DNA of 64,000 bases, taken from positions 20,757,190 to 20,821,189 of the forward strand of contig NC_085846.1 in assembly GCF_035594765.1 (NCBI RefSeq). The letters run 5' to 3'. Positions 22,408 to 33,054 of the stretch are shown here, piece after piece. The notes beneath the pieces are model-generated. The model saw only the letters and a list, made by a program, of their open reading frames with translations. It searched no databases and was not told the DNA's origin. Made by a program: the position numbers and the translations under genes. Origin of the DNA: Anolis carolinensis (taxonomy: Eukaryota). How positions within the stretch are numbered: position 1 is the first letter of the stretch; the number at the start of each line of letters is the position of its first letter.

Positions 22408-22927
22408 CTAATACATGTGGGGGGGAAAGAGAACAAGATGTAATGACAAACACAGTCATACAACCAAAATGTTTTTCTACTACTTGACAGAGCAACATTT
22501 CAAGTGATATTGGGACTATTGCCACATTTCATCATTATAACCTAAATAAATAAAGAATAGGACAAAAGTTCTTTCTATGGAAATACTGGAACATTTTTTT
22601 TTCTTTAGCAACCATTTACTTTAGAATGTAGTAATGGTGGGTGCTGCAAACTGAGGACATTGCCACTTCATACTGAGGATGTAGCAAGCTGGTTTCCTAG
22701 TGCTTTGGGGCCTAAGGTTGACTCCACATTGGAAAAAGAAATGCTGTCCGACAGCATTTTAACTGACATGGCTTAATGCTATGGGATCATGGAAGTTAAA
22801 TTTTACAAGGTCTTTAACCTTCTTTGCCAAACAGTTTGAATGCCTCACCAAACTACAAATTGCAAAGCATTGCATTATGGCAACTAAAATAGGGTAAAAT
22901 GTAATTACTTCTACAGTGTAAATACAT

Positions 22928-23180
22928 CCTGAGACAAGGAGCAATGGATTCAAATTACAGAAAAGGGGATTTTTTCCCAAAAACATTAGGAAATTTTTTC
23001 ATACAATAAAAACTGTTCAGAAGAGGAATATGCTGCCTCAGAGTGAGGTGGAGTCTCCACCCCTCGAGGTTTTTAAGTAGAAGTCAGATAGCCAATTGTT
23101 GGGAATGCTGTAACGGTGTATTCCTTTGTGGGAGAGGGTAGACTTCTTGGGTCTCTTCCAACTCTATCATTCTATAATTC
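22928..23180 (+). mobile_element. CR1 3' fragment in V2R intron 3
   Basis: gagacaaggagcaatggattcaaattaca..aacattagga.. ending ggtctcttccaactctatcattctataattc. Confidence 0.7.
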
Positions 23181-23481
23181 CAATTAAAATCCATCCCCCC
23201 CCCCCCCCCCCAAATCTTTCAGTTGTCAAATTTCTTGCATTGCCATGATGTAAAACTTCAGTTGAGCACTTTAAAATGCAGTTCAGGCAACCAAGCTACC
23301 AAGGGAATGTAAACACAGCACATTCAAGAATTCTAAAAAATTGATGTTTTTCATAGTCTCATATCATATCATAGTTTCTATGATAAACCTCCCCTAACCA
23401 AGGAAGGATTTCCCTACTGTGATCTAAAATTTAGTTTCTTAGTTAATTATCTCTGTCAGAATGTATTGATAAAACACTTAC

Positions 23482-24297
23482 CTGCCATGCCTGTATTTTA
23501 AATAATTCCACTTTGACATTTCTTTTCTTTTCTGAATGGAGGAAATAAATTTTATGTAAAGTGTGAGCTATGACATAAACAGCATTGGAAATACTATAAC
23601 TGACACTGGATGTGTCCATATTGAACAAATCAATGCTGACATCCTGTAGCTTTTCAGTACTATTACATTTAGGCCAGGTTGGATCCAACCTGAAAAAGGG
23701 CCATGAGCAACGGAAGACATGGGCCCAGAAGTTTTTCAGGTAAAAATCATTTGGGTATTGCTCAGGATCAATGCCTATAAGGAAATCCCGGAACCCTGGA
23801 ATCTCACGTTTATGGACTGCTAAGGAGATGGCACCATGGAGTGATGTCAAGTTCCAGGGTTTTCTGCTGAAATGGGAGGTGAAATCCCAAGCTTCGGTTG
23901 TGATCCAAACCTTTCCACCCATCTGTTTTTCTGATAGGGCAAGATTTAGTGAGATTAGCTTATATGTTTCTCCATGAACAATTACGACATTGGATGATAA
24001 TCTGGAAATACTGCTGGACAATTCACTCACGGATTCTTCATGAAATGGACGGTAATTAGGCAAACATGATATGGATTCAATGCAGCAATTTATTTTACCC
24101 ATTTCTTGGGAAATCACTCTGATAAAATTCACTCCAGCTTCATTATCTGTAGTGATTAAGCCAACCCACTTCCAGCCAAAATGGGCAAGCAAAAGGCTAA
24201 TGCCAGTGAACTGCGTCAATTCATTTGGAACCATTTGGTAGAAGGAAGGAAAATGGAATTTGTCACTCAAAGTGGAGGCAAAGGGGCCATAGCTGAT
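23482..24297 (-). CDS. V2R exon 3 (Venus-flytrap domain, 816 nt)
   Basis: cttag|ISYGPFASTLSDKFHFPSFYQMVPNE..HFGWKWVGL..KVWITT..IPGFRDFL..YSISNAVYVIAHTLH..QAWQ|gtaagt. Confidence 0.95.
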
Positions 24298-24764
24298 CTA
24301 AGAAAAGCAGTAGAGAAACATATTTCATAAGATGTGTGATTTTTCAGAAACTCACATACACGACATATTAACAGCAATTCCTATCGTAAATATGGACCTT
24401 ATGTCAATTGAGTTTAGTATAAACAAAAACTTTACTGAAAGAGACAATTTGGGTGGTGGTGGGATAAGGGTAAAATATACAACAGTCTCTTCCCTCACAT
24501 GCAATCCTCATGTAGTTAAATCTGAAAAATACAGTCAGAAATGACAATCTTTTCACATTTGCAATTCAAGACTTTTAGCCTGTATAGCAAATAGGATATT
24601 GCCCTCCTCTTTCACTTCAATCCTTTAATTCCTTCAGTTATTCATATTTGCAATGATTTTTGTTGAGTCTTGTTTGGTATTTTCTTGGATTGTCTCATGT
24701 ACTTATTCCAAATATATCACTTTGTGGAATGGAATTCTATGCAATACATGCTACAATTCTACCT

Positions 24765-24856
24765 TGAATGCGATTTCCTGCTTCTTAGCGGGGGGTTGGA
24801 CTGGATGGCCCATGAGGTCTCTTCCAACTCTACTATTCTATGATTCTATGATTCTA
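24765..24856 (+). mobile_element. Short young CR1 3' end in V2R intron 2
   Basis: gggttggactggatggcccatgaggtctcttccaactc followed by (ATTCTATG)n. The flanking repeat attctacct occurs at 24756-24764 and 24851-24859. Confidence 0.8.
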
Positions 24857-25180
24857 CCTAAGAGATTGTAGTCCTGAAATCTTTGATATTACAAGATAAA
24901 AATTATAAAAAATAGTTTTTTCCATCACCTGAGAAAAGTATGTTTTTTGAGTAACACCATGTGTGAGGCGAAGGCACGCATGAAGTTCGGAAAAAGACTG
25001 GCTTGTCCATATCATAGTCCAATATTCAAACTGTTACAGCTGGCTCTCACAGTGCGGCCATTGCAGCTCCCTTGTTCACAACACTTTTGTTCATCAATTC
25101 TAAGGCATTTTTTAAAAAGAAAGTGACTTCCCCGGAACCAGCAAATTTCTTGTTGCATGATACTTTTCTAATAGCCTTAC

Positions 25181-25469
25181 CTGTGGAATCTTGTATATCC
25201 CTAGAACATTTGCTATACTGATGGTTATGTCAGATCTTAGCCCGCCGAGAATTGAAATAAGCTGTTTTCTTATACAGTTGTAGTTAGGAATCCCACTTTT
25301 TTTCCCAGAGCTTAAGCATATAGAATCCAGATAAGTTAGCTTTGGAAACAAAAAATCTTGACTCATAGAAATTCCAAGTGTGAGGTTAGGTAAGAGGGTG
25401 ACATCTTTGTTAATCTCCTGTATTGTGAACAAGAAGGCTAGGAGGTACTGAAATGTTTTGGGTAATAGG
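25181..25469 (-). CDS. V2R exon 2 (289 nt)
   Basis: ttccag|(I)LLPKTFQYLLAFLFTIQEINKDVTLLPNLTLG..IPNYNC..LGIYKIPQ|gtaagg. Confidence 0.93.
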
Positions 25470-26373
25470 CTGGAATGAAAAATCATTGGTAATATAGTTA
25501 CATATTTTTTGTAGTAAATAGTATATGATATATTAAAAAGAGATTGTGAACAGCTATGCAAACGTTTCTCTCCCTAAAACTTCCTTTATAATCCTGATTC
25601 TCGTGCAAATCTTTCTCAGTAAGAAACATTTTTTTTAAAGTGAGGAATGGGTTATAGCTTAAAGAGGCAGCTATTATATGCCAAGTTGCTTTAAGGCTGT
25701 GGTATTTTAACAGCACAGCTTCTTCTTTGCACAGAATCACTCTCAAAAGCTAGCTTGAATATGCAAGCCAAACTGATGAAATATATTAAGAAAGCCATAA
25801 TCTAAAAAAAAAAAATCAAGGAAATTCAAGAGATCTATATCCCATTGCCATATAATTTTGTTGTTGTTTTCAGAAAGGAAGTGGCACAATTTCTCTGCTA
25901 GAAAATATTGCCAGTAAAAAGTAGCATACACACTAAGATGAAATAGTCATCAGCACTAACAAGTAACCATAATCTAACTCAGGTTCAGGGAATCCTAAAG
26001 CCATTGGCTCAAGCCAAAATATTTTGCACTAATTGAAGATAAATATTTAATCATCCAAACCTAAAATTGTGTCTATGCCTCACTGCTGATGTGACAAGTT
26101 TTATTTTCCTCCTCTGACCCTAGCAGCCCTCTCTATTTTTGAGAAACTATTGTGGGAGAAAGGACAAAAAAGGGAGAAATGAAAATTGAGTTCAAAGAAA
26201 TAAAGTGTGTTTATTTTATGTTTTATGTTTTCCCAACCAAATGTGTGAAATGATAGATGTTAACATTCTGTTTCTGTTGTTTCATCTACTCCTCAAGGAA
26301 AAAGGAGGAGAAGTGCTCTGACTAGTAAACCACACTGTGCCAAGAAATAGGAAAACTAAGGGTGCATCTACAC

Positions 26374-26508
26374 CAGATATGAACAAACTTTGGCCCTCCA
26401 GGTTTTTTTAACTTTAACTCCCAGAAATCCCAGTCATCTTACCAGCTGTTAGGAATTGTGGGAATTGAAGTCCAAACTACCTGGAGAACCAAAGTTTGCC
26501 CATGCCTG
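26374..26508. mobile_element. hAT-type MITE nested in the TIR of another MITE
   Basis: TIRs cagatatgaacaaactttgg / ccaaagtttgcccatgcctg, with duplicated target atctacac / atctacgt. Confidence 0.7.
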
Positions 26509-26859
26509 ATCTACGTTGTAGAATTAATGCACTTTAACTGCCAAGGCTCAGTGCTATGGAATCATGAGATTTACACTCTTTGGCAGAAAAGACTAAAGTA
26601 CAATGCTGTGGTTTCCATCGCTTTGAGCCATAGCAGTTGACATGATATCAAAGTGCACAAATTCTATAGAAACACTCTAAAATAGCATTTGAATTGCACA
26701 ATGAACAATTTCATGATTTACTCAAAGTAATTGCAGTATCGTGTTTCTGCCATGATCCTGTCCTTTGTGAATTTTATTGCAGAAGTATCATTTCTTTGCA
26801 TTAGTTTAAAGGCAGAAAGCCAATCACTCTACATAAATTATATCCCTAAATGTACTTAC

Positions 26860-27074
26860 ATTGCATCCAGTAAATAAGGAGATGGCTTTTTTTCAAAAGG
26901 AATAGTTGTTTCCTCAATCATTCCAAGAAAATTAGAGAAGATGCCACCAATAATGACATCTCCATCTTCATAATACCCATTGCTTTTAAGTTTTCTGAAA
27001 GGACAGGTGTAACATTCAATCTTGATAGAAGGTTGAGATATCATTAGCCACAATACCAGTATCCAGCAAAACAT
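26860..27074 (-). CDS. V2R exon 1 (signal peptide, 215 nt); full gene 18695-27074, 2592-nt CDS, 863 aa
   Basis: MFCWILVLWLMISQ..YYEDGDVIIGGIFS..AT|gtaagt. Exon lengths 215+289+816+228+124+920 sum to 2592 with compatible phases and no internal stop. Confidence 0.9.
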
Positions 27075-28449
27075 ATTTTGGCTAGGAAAATAAAATTTCT
27101 AGAGGAAAAAAGCATACTTCCAGCAAGAATCAAAGTTAAGTCTCCTAATAAGAATTGTGGAGGAAAAAGGGTGAATCAGATAGAAATGAGAATAGTGGAA
27201 TTTGAGATGGAAAAGAGAATACGTAGAAACAAGTATAAGATGTAATTGGAAAGAAATGGGATACCAAAGCACTGGATTCACAAATCGTTTCGACATCTTA
27301 AAGACATGACTATGATTTGAATGCCAGGCATACACAAACAAAAGAAAAGACAAGAAAATGAAAATAAGTATGTGAAAATATCTGCAGAAAATAATGAAAT
27401 GAAATCAATACAAAGAACATGTAGAAATAAAGGAAGATCTACTTAGTATCTGGGACTGGATTCACGTTTTGCGAGAAACTAGGATACAAAATCTCACATT
27501 TTCACATGGAAAACATTTCTAATCAAGTTCTTCCAGATTAACCATCAAACAAAGTCTCATCCCCCACACACAAAACCAAAATATATATTTATATAAATAA
27601 TAAAGAAAGGACTTAGTAACACATTAAAGATCTTCCCTGCAGTGCCACAGGGCTCTCAAGCAAGCAATTAATCTCTTAAGAAATACACCTATTTATTGAT
27701 ATGCCTTGAGCAAACCAGCAAGGTGTTGCTATTGAATTCTCTTCTTTTTCATGATTACAGTAATTCCAATAATTATTGTTCTTTAGTTAATGCTGGCAAG
27801 AAATGTGTCATTGTCCAAGCAATTTTATGTCAGAACTCCCCTTCCAAACCACCCCGACAGAAAAACAACATTTATTTTCTAATCTTTCTGTATCTCCCAA
27901 TAGTGAAGAAAAGCTGTAATAAAACATAGTAAAATAATTTAAAAGCTCATCAAATTAAAATAGACACCTCATCTCAAAAATGATAAACTTGATTTTATGC
28001 CTGTCCTTTAGTATATGTGTTTTAATTGTCTTGTTTACATCTATGCATTTTTACTGTCATGTATCCCTTGAGGGTTGTTTGTGGTTGTTTATCTATTGGT
28101 CATTTTATTTGTTTCTTGTAATTATTTTTAATAGTGATGTGTACTATGACTGGGCTTTTGTTTTGTTTGTTTAGTGCAGTGAGGAAGGTTAGACTGTAGT
28201 GCTGAGGGCTTTTGGGTGGGTAAAGAGATATTTCCTAAGATTTCTCATGAGTTATTGGTTTGGGTTTTGGTTCTGTTGGACTTTGGAAAGTGATTGAGGG
28301 TCCGAGTATGTATTGGTAAGTGTAATTAGTTCTCTCAGGAGAGTAGGTTCTAGAACATTTGAGAAAGATCAGTGAGAAAGGGTGGAATACCTTTGAAGGT
28401 TTTTTGAGTGGTACTGTTGGAAGGTTTTTGGTGAAAGTTGTACAGGAAA

Positions 28450-29478
28450 ATGAATCAGTTGGGAACTCATGGGAATACTGAACTTTCTCACCTGTGTGAA
28501 CTTATGGGGAAGTCGCTTGACCTCGTCTTCTCACAACTTGCTACATTAAATGAGAAGATAGACTACCTCTTCAAAGGGATCTCCCTCTTGGTGAGCAATC
28601 CTGGTCAGTGTTACATCGGGAAGGAAGAGGACATCGCGACTGCCACTTCAACCGAGTATAAGTGGTCTTTGACTTCTGATGGGGAGGGTGGGGAATGGCA
28701 ATCAGAACATAAGGAGGAATTTTTGAAGGAAGATGGGGACGTTGAGAATGAGAGACAGCTTCCTCATGACTACAGGGGAGAAGGGAGGGCTGGGCATAAG
28801 GTTACGGATCAGGGTTTAAAAAGGACAATTGCACATGGAATATCCGAGTCTGGCCTGTGCACACTTGACCCAATGCGCCACCAAAAATATTTACCTCAAT
28901 TAGAAAAATTGGCGTTTGAAATAACAGACTCATGGTTGAATAGGGGCAGATGGACCTCCAGGAGAGCGGTACAGGAGTCCCTCGGTCAAATACTATCTGT
29001 GAGCCCAAGTGTAGTCAAAATTAAGTTCATTTCATGGCTACGTAGGGACTTTCAAGCTCAGGACCGCTCCATACGTCTCGTTATCACCTTTGATGATAGC
29101 ACTTTAATTGAAGCACTTTGGGCGCGTAAACCCCTGTTGAATTCATGGGGTATTAATATTAGGAAGGTATTTCTGGACCCCACAATCCGCCCCTTGATGG
29201 CAGGTTCGGAACTGCATTTTCAAGGTACCATTAGTTCCAGAATGGTTAGTGCCCATGACTCTTTATCTAGGTCCCCTCCACTCTTAGAATCTTGTGTAGT
29301 GTCCCCCATTTCAACTCTAGACCCTTCCCAATCTATTCTCGATTCCCGCCCAGAGACATTGCTCTTGTTTAGTCAATCTAGTTCCCCTGACTGCTCCATC
29401 ATCTCATCATTACAGGATTCATTCTCAGACTCTAAGCAGGATAGAATCCTGAGTCGCTCCCCATTTATGGACAGCTGA
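28450..29478 (+). CDS. LINE ORF1 (coiled-coil-like N-terminus, RRM-like middle, Ser-rich tail)
   Basis: 342-aa open frame from ATG 28450. Heptad-like LDLVFSQLATLNEKIDYL, the motif RLVITF...LWARKPLLNSWGINIRKVF, and a position directly upstream of ORF2. Confidence 0.7.
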   Translation: MNQLGTHGNTELSHLCELMGKSLDLVFSQLATLNEKIDYLFKGISLLVSNPGQCYIGKEEDIATATSTEYKWSLTSDGEGGEWQSEHKEEFLKEDGDVENERQLPHDYRGEGRAGHKVTDQGLKRTIAHGISESGLCTLDPMRHQKYLPQLEKLAFEITDSWLNRGRWTSRRAVQESLGQILSVSPSVVKIKFISWLRRDFQAQDRSIRLVITFDDSTLIEALWARKPLLNSWGINIRKVFLDPTIRPLMAGSELHFQGTISSRMVSAHDSLSRSPPLLESCVVSPISTLDPSQSILDSRPETLLLFSQSSSPDCSIISSLQDSFSDSKQDRILSRSPFMDS

Positions 29479-32400
29479 CTAGGGCATCGCAATGAGAGCT
29501 CTATCCTGCCTGTCGCCCTGGGGGGAGTGGACCGGAGCCTGGGGGAGACCATTGAGGTCGTGTGGGGGAGGAGGAGGAGTGGTCACCTTTATCCCAGGGA
29601 TAAGCGCAACAGAGTTCTTGCGACCCTGGAGAAGGATAGGAGTGGTAGCCTCCATGACAGTCCCCTCCGTTTGAAGGTCCTGCTATTTAATGCCAGATCC
29701 GTCAATGGTAAATCAGCTATCATCCAGGATTTGATCCTGGATGAAGCGGCGGATCTGGCTTGCATCACCGAGACCTGGTTGGATGAGCCCGGCGGGGTAA
29801 ATCTCGCCCAGCTGTGTCCTCCAGGTTTCGGGGTGCAACAGCAGGCCAGAGCCGGGGGGCGGGGAGGTGGGGTTGCGGTGGTCTTTCGGCAGACAATCTC
29901 CCTGGTCAGGTGCGCCATCCCGCAATCTGCAGGTTTTGAGTGTGTCCATCTTAAGGTGGGTACCCGGGACAGTTTGGGGATTCTGCTGGTGTACCGTCCA
30001 CCCCGCGACACGGCAGTCTCCCTGCCCAAGCTGGCAGAGGTGATCTCTGGTGCGGCTTTGGTCTCTCAGCGGCTGGTAGTGCTGGGGGACTTTAACATTC
30101 ATGCCGAGGCCACATTAACTGGTGCAGCTGAAGACTTCATGGCCGCCATGACGACCATGGGACTGTCCCAAGTGATATCTGGTCCCACTCATCAAGCTGG
30201 ACACACACTTGACCTGGTTTTTGTTGCGGCAGATGGTGAGGTCGGAGTGGAAGAGCAAAATATTCTTCCGTTGTCATGGTCCGATCACCACCTGATCAGT
30301 TTAAGACTCACTGTGACCTCAAACCTCCGCAGGGGTGGTGGACCCATTAAGATGGTCCGCCCCAGGAGACTGATGGATCCAGATGGATTCTTGAGGTCTC
30401 TTGGGGATCTTCCTGTCATGGAGGCTGACGATCCTGTCGATGCCTTGGTAGATCGCTACAATAGCGAGATGTCCAGGGCAATTGACATGATCGCCCCCGA
30501 ACGTCCCCTCTCATTGCGAAGAGTCACTTCGGCTCCCTGGTTCACGGAGGAGCTGGCAGTGATGAAGCGCTCGAGGAGGGGACTAGAGTGCCACTGGCGG
30601 AAAACTCGTAGCGTTTCTGACCGAGCACGGGCTAGAGCCGCTATTAGGGCCTACTCCGCGGCTTTGCGGGCAGCCAGGAAGACCTTCACGACTGCCCGCA
30701 TAGCGTCTGCAACTAACAGACCATCGGAGTTGTTTCGGGTCGTCGGAGAGCTCCTTCACCCTCCTGAGGGGGGAGGGGCACCCGAAGACTCGGCAACTCG
30801 GTGCAGCGAGTTCGCGCACCACTTTGCAGACAAAGTCGCTCAGACTCGCTTCGACTTGGATGCTAGTTTTGTTGCAGTGCCAAAAGAGGTAACTGAGGCA
30901 CCTGTCTGTTCGAACTTGTGGGATTCATTTCAGCTTGTTCGCCCGGATGACGTGGACAGGATCCTTGGGGCGGTGAGAGCGACCACTTGCTCTGCAGACC
31001 CTTGCCCCTCGTGGCTAATTAAATCGGCCAGAGGAGGGTTGGTAGAGTGGTTTGTGATGATAATTAATGCCTCTTTGGATCAAGGCAAATTTCCATCTGT
31101 CCTCAAACAGGCCATAGTGAGGCCTATATTGAAGAAGGCCTCCCTTGATTCGGCCATTCTAAACAACTACAGACCAATCTCGAACCTCCCTTTCTTGGGC
31201 AAGGTCCTGGAGCGGGTGGTTGCCTCGCAGCTCCAGGGTTTCCTGGATGACACCGATTTTCTGGACCCATCGCAGTCTGGCTTTAGACCTGGGCACAGTA
31301 CTGAGACGGCTTTGGTCGCCTTGGTGGATGACCTCCGCAGGGAGCTGGACAGGGGGAGTGTGACCCTGCTGGTTCTCTTGGACATCTCAGCGGCTTTCGA
31401 TACCATCGACCATGGTATCCTTCTGGGACGGCTCTCCGGGATGGGCCTTGGGGGCATGGCTCTGTCGTGGCTTCAGTCCTTCCTGGAGGGCCGTTCCCAG
31501 TTGGTGAAGCTGGGGGACACCTGCTCAGACCCCTGGCCTTTGACCTGTGGGGTCCCGCAAGGTTCCATTCTGTCCCCCATGCTTTTTAACATCTACATGA
31601 AACCGCTGGGAGAGGTCATCCGGAGTTTTGGAGTTCGGTGCCATCTCTATGCAGATGACACTCAACTCTACTACTCCTTTCCACCGAACTCCAAGGAAGC
31701 CCCCCAGATACTGAACCAGTGCTTGGCAGCTGTGATGGGCTGGATGAGGGCGAATAAGCTGAAGCTTAATCCCGACAAGACAGAGGTCCTCCAGGTCAGT
31801 CGTATGTCCGATCGGGGTATTGGGTGGCTACCTGTGCTTGACGGGGTCGCACTCCCCCTGAAGGCGCAGGTCCGCAGTTTGGGGGTCCTCCTGGACTCAG
31901 CACTGACACTTGATGCTCAGGTGTCGGCCGTGGCCGGGAGGGCCTTTGCACAATTAAAACTTGTGCGCCAACTGCGACCTTACCTCGTGAAGTCTGATCT
32001 GACCACGGTGGTCCATGCCTTAGTTACCTCTAGACTGGACTATTGCAATGCACTCTACGTGGGGCTGCCCTTGAAGACGGCCCGGAAACTCCAACTAGTT
32101 CAACGTTCGGCAGCCTTGCTTCTAACTGGAGCAAATTATAGGGAGCGGTCAACCCTCCTGCTTAAGGAGCTCCACTGGCTGCCGTTCACCTTCCGGACCC
32201 AATTCAAGGTGCACGTGATCACCTACAAAGCCCTGAACGGTTTGGGACCCTCCTACCTTAGGCATCGCCTCTCCCCCTACGAACCTGCACGATCTCTTCA
32301 TTCGTCGGGGGAGGCCCTCCTCTCGCTCCCACCTCCGTCACAAGCACGGTTGGTGGGGACGAGAGAGAGGGCCTTCTCCGTGGTGGCCCCCCGGCTCTGG

Positions 32401-32493
32401 AACTCGCTCCCCAGGGAAATCAGGCAAGCCCCCACCCTGGTAGCATTCAGAAAGAGCTTGAAAACCTGGCTCTTTACTCAAGCCTTTAGATAA
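29479..32493 (+). CDS. LINE ORF2: APE endonuclease plus reverse transcriptase, uninterrupted
   Basis: Motifs NARSV, CITETW, VYRPP, VLGDFNIH, GHTLDL, SDH, NYRPISNLPFLGKVLE, QSGFR, LDISAAFDT, GVPQGSILSP, YADD and LHWLP. The frame is open from immediately after the ORF1 stop. Confidence 0.97.
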   Translation, partial: LGHRNESSILPVALGGVDRSLGETIEVVWGRRRSGHLYPRDKRNRVLATLEKDRSGSLHDSPLRLKVLLFNARSVNGKSAIIQDLILDEAADLACITETWLDEPGGVNLAQLCPPGFGVQQQARAGGRGGGVAVVFRQTISLVRCAIPQSAGFECVHLKVGTRDSLGILLVYRPPRDTAVSLPKLAEVISGAALVSQRLVVLGDFNIHAEATLTGAAEDFMAAMTTMGLSQVISGPTHQAGHTLDLVFVAADGEVGVEEQNILPLSWSDHHLISLRLTVTSNLRRGGGPIKMVRPRRLMDPDGFLRSLGDLPVMEADDPVDALVDRYNSEMSRAIDMIAPERPLSLRRVTSAPWFTEELAVMKRSRRGLECHWRKTRSVSDRARARAAIRAYSAALRAARKTFTTARIASATNRPSELFRVVGELLHPPEGGGAPEDSATRCSEFAHHFADKVAQTRFDLDASFVAVPKEVTEAPVCSNLWDSFQLVRPDDVDRILGAVRATTCSADPCPSWLIKSARGGLVEWFVMIINASLDQGKFPSVLKQAIVRPILKKASLDSAILNNYRPISNLPFLGKVLERVVASQLQGFLDDTDFLDPSQSGFRPGHSTETALVALVDDLRRELDRGSVTLLVLLDISAAFDTIDHGILLGRLSGMGLGGMALSWLQSFLEGRSQLVKLGDTCSDPWPLTCGVPQGSILSPMLFNIYMKPLGEVIRSFGVRCHLYADDTQLYYSFPPNSKEAPQILNQCLAAVMGWMRANKLKLNPDKTEVLQVSRMSDRGIGWLPVLDGVALPLKAQVRSLGVLLDSALTLDAQVSAVAGRAFAQLKLVRQLRPYLVKSDLTTVVHALVTSRLDYCNALYVGLPLKTARKLQLVQRSAALLLTGANYRERSTLLLKELHWLPFTFRTQFKVHVITYKALNGLGPSYLRHRLSPYEPARSLHSSGEALLSLPPPSQARLVGTRERAFSVVAPRLWNSLPREIRQAPTLVAFRKSLKTWLFTQAFR

Positions 32494-33054
32494 AGATTGC
32501 TCATCCAGAAGCAATCTGAATCTGTGACCATTCTTGTACCGGTTTGCACCTTTTACCTTTGTCAACTCGATATAGACACAGGGTCTATTCCCATCCCAAT
32601 TTGCACTTCCAGAATTTCCACACTTTATCAGTCACCTTGTGTTTACAATATTTATATGGTGCACTTTACCCAGTCTACTTTTACAATCTCTCAGTTTTAA
32701 TCCATGTTTTTATTAGTTCTTGTTTTTTATTGGCTAATGTTTTATTTTTATTTTTTTTATTTTTTTATTGTGCAAGTTGTTGTCTATTGCTGTGTTTTAT
32801 ACTGCTACTGTTTTTATTCGGGCTTGGCCCCATGTAAGCCGCCCTGAGTCCCCTTCGGGGAGATAGAGGCGGGGTATAAAAATAAAGTTATTATTATTAT
32901 TATTATTATTGAGGAGAGGCAGATAACAGATAAATTATTATTATTCACTGAGATCAATAACAGTGCTTTGATGGTAAATAAGTATGTGAATGTGTGATGA
33001 AAAGAGGTGGGTGAGAGGACCTATAGCCTAAATCTAACTGCTGGTGTAAACTTA

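Larger units (their letters stand above)
27990..32909 (+). mobile_element. Near full-length, apparently intact L2-clade LINE (5' boundary approximate)
   Basis: G/T-skewed 5' region, ORF1, APE+RT ORF2, T-rich 3' UTR, terminal stem-loop gccgccctgagtccccttcggggagatagaggcgggg, AATAAA and (TTA)n tail. No TSD was found. Confidence 0.9.

Noticed and set aside
29589-31457. Antisense ORFs within L2 ORF2
   Set aside because: They are shadow frames of a GC-rich coding strand.
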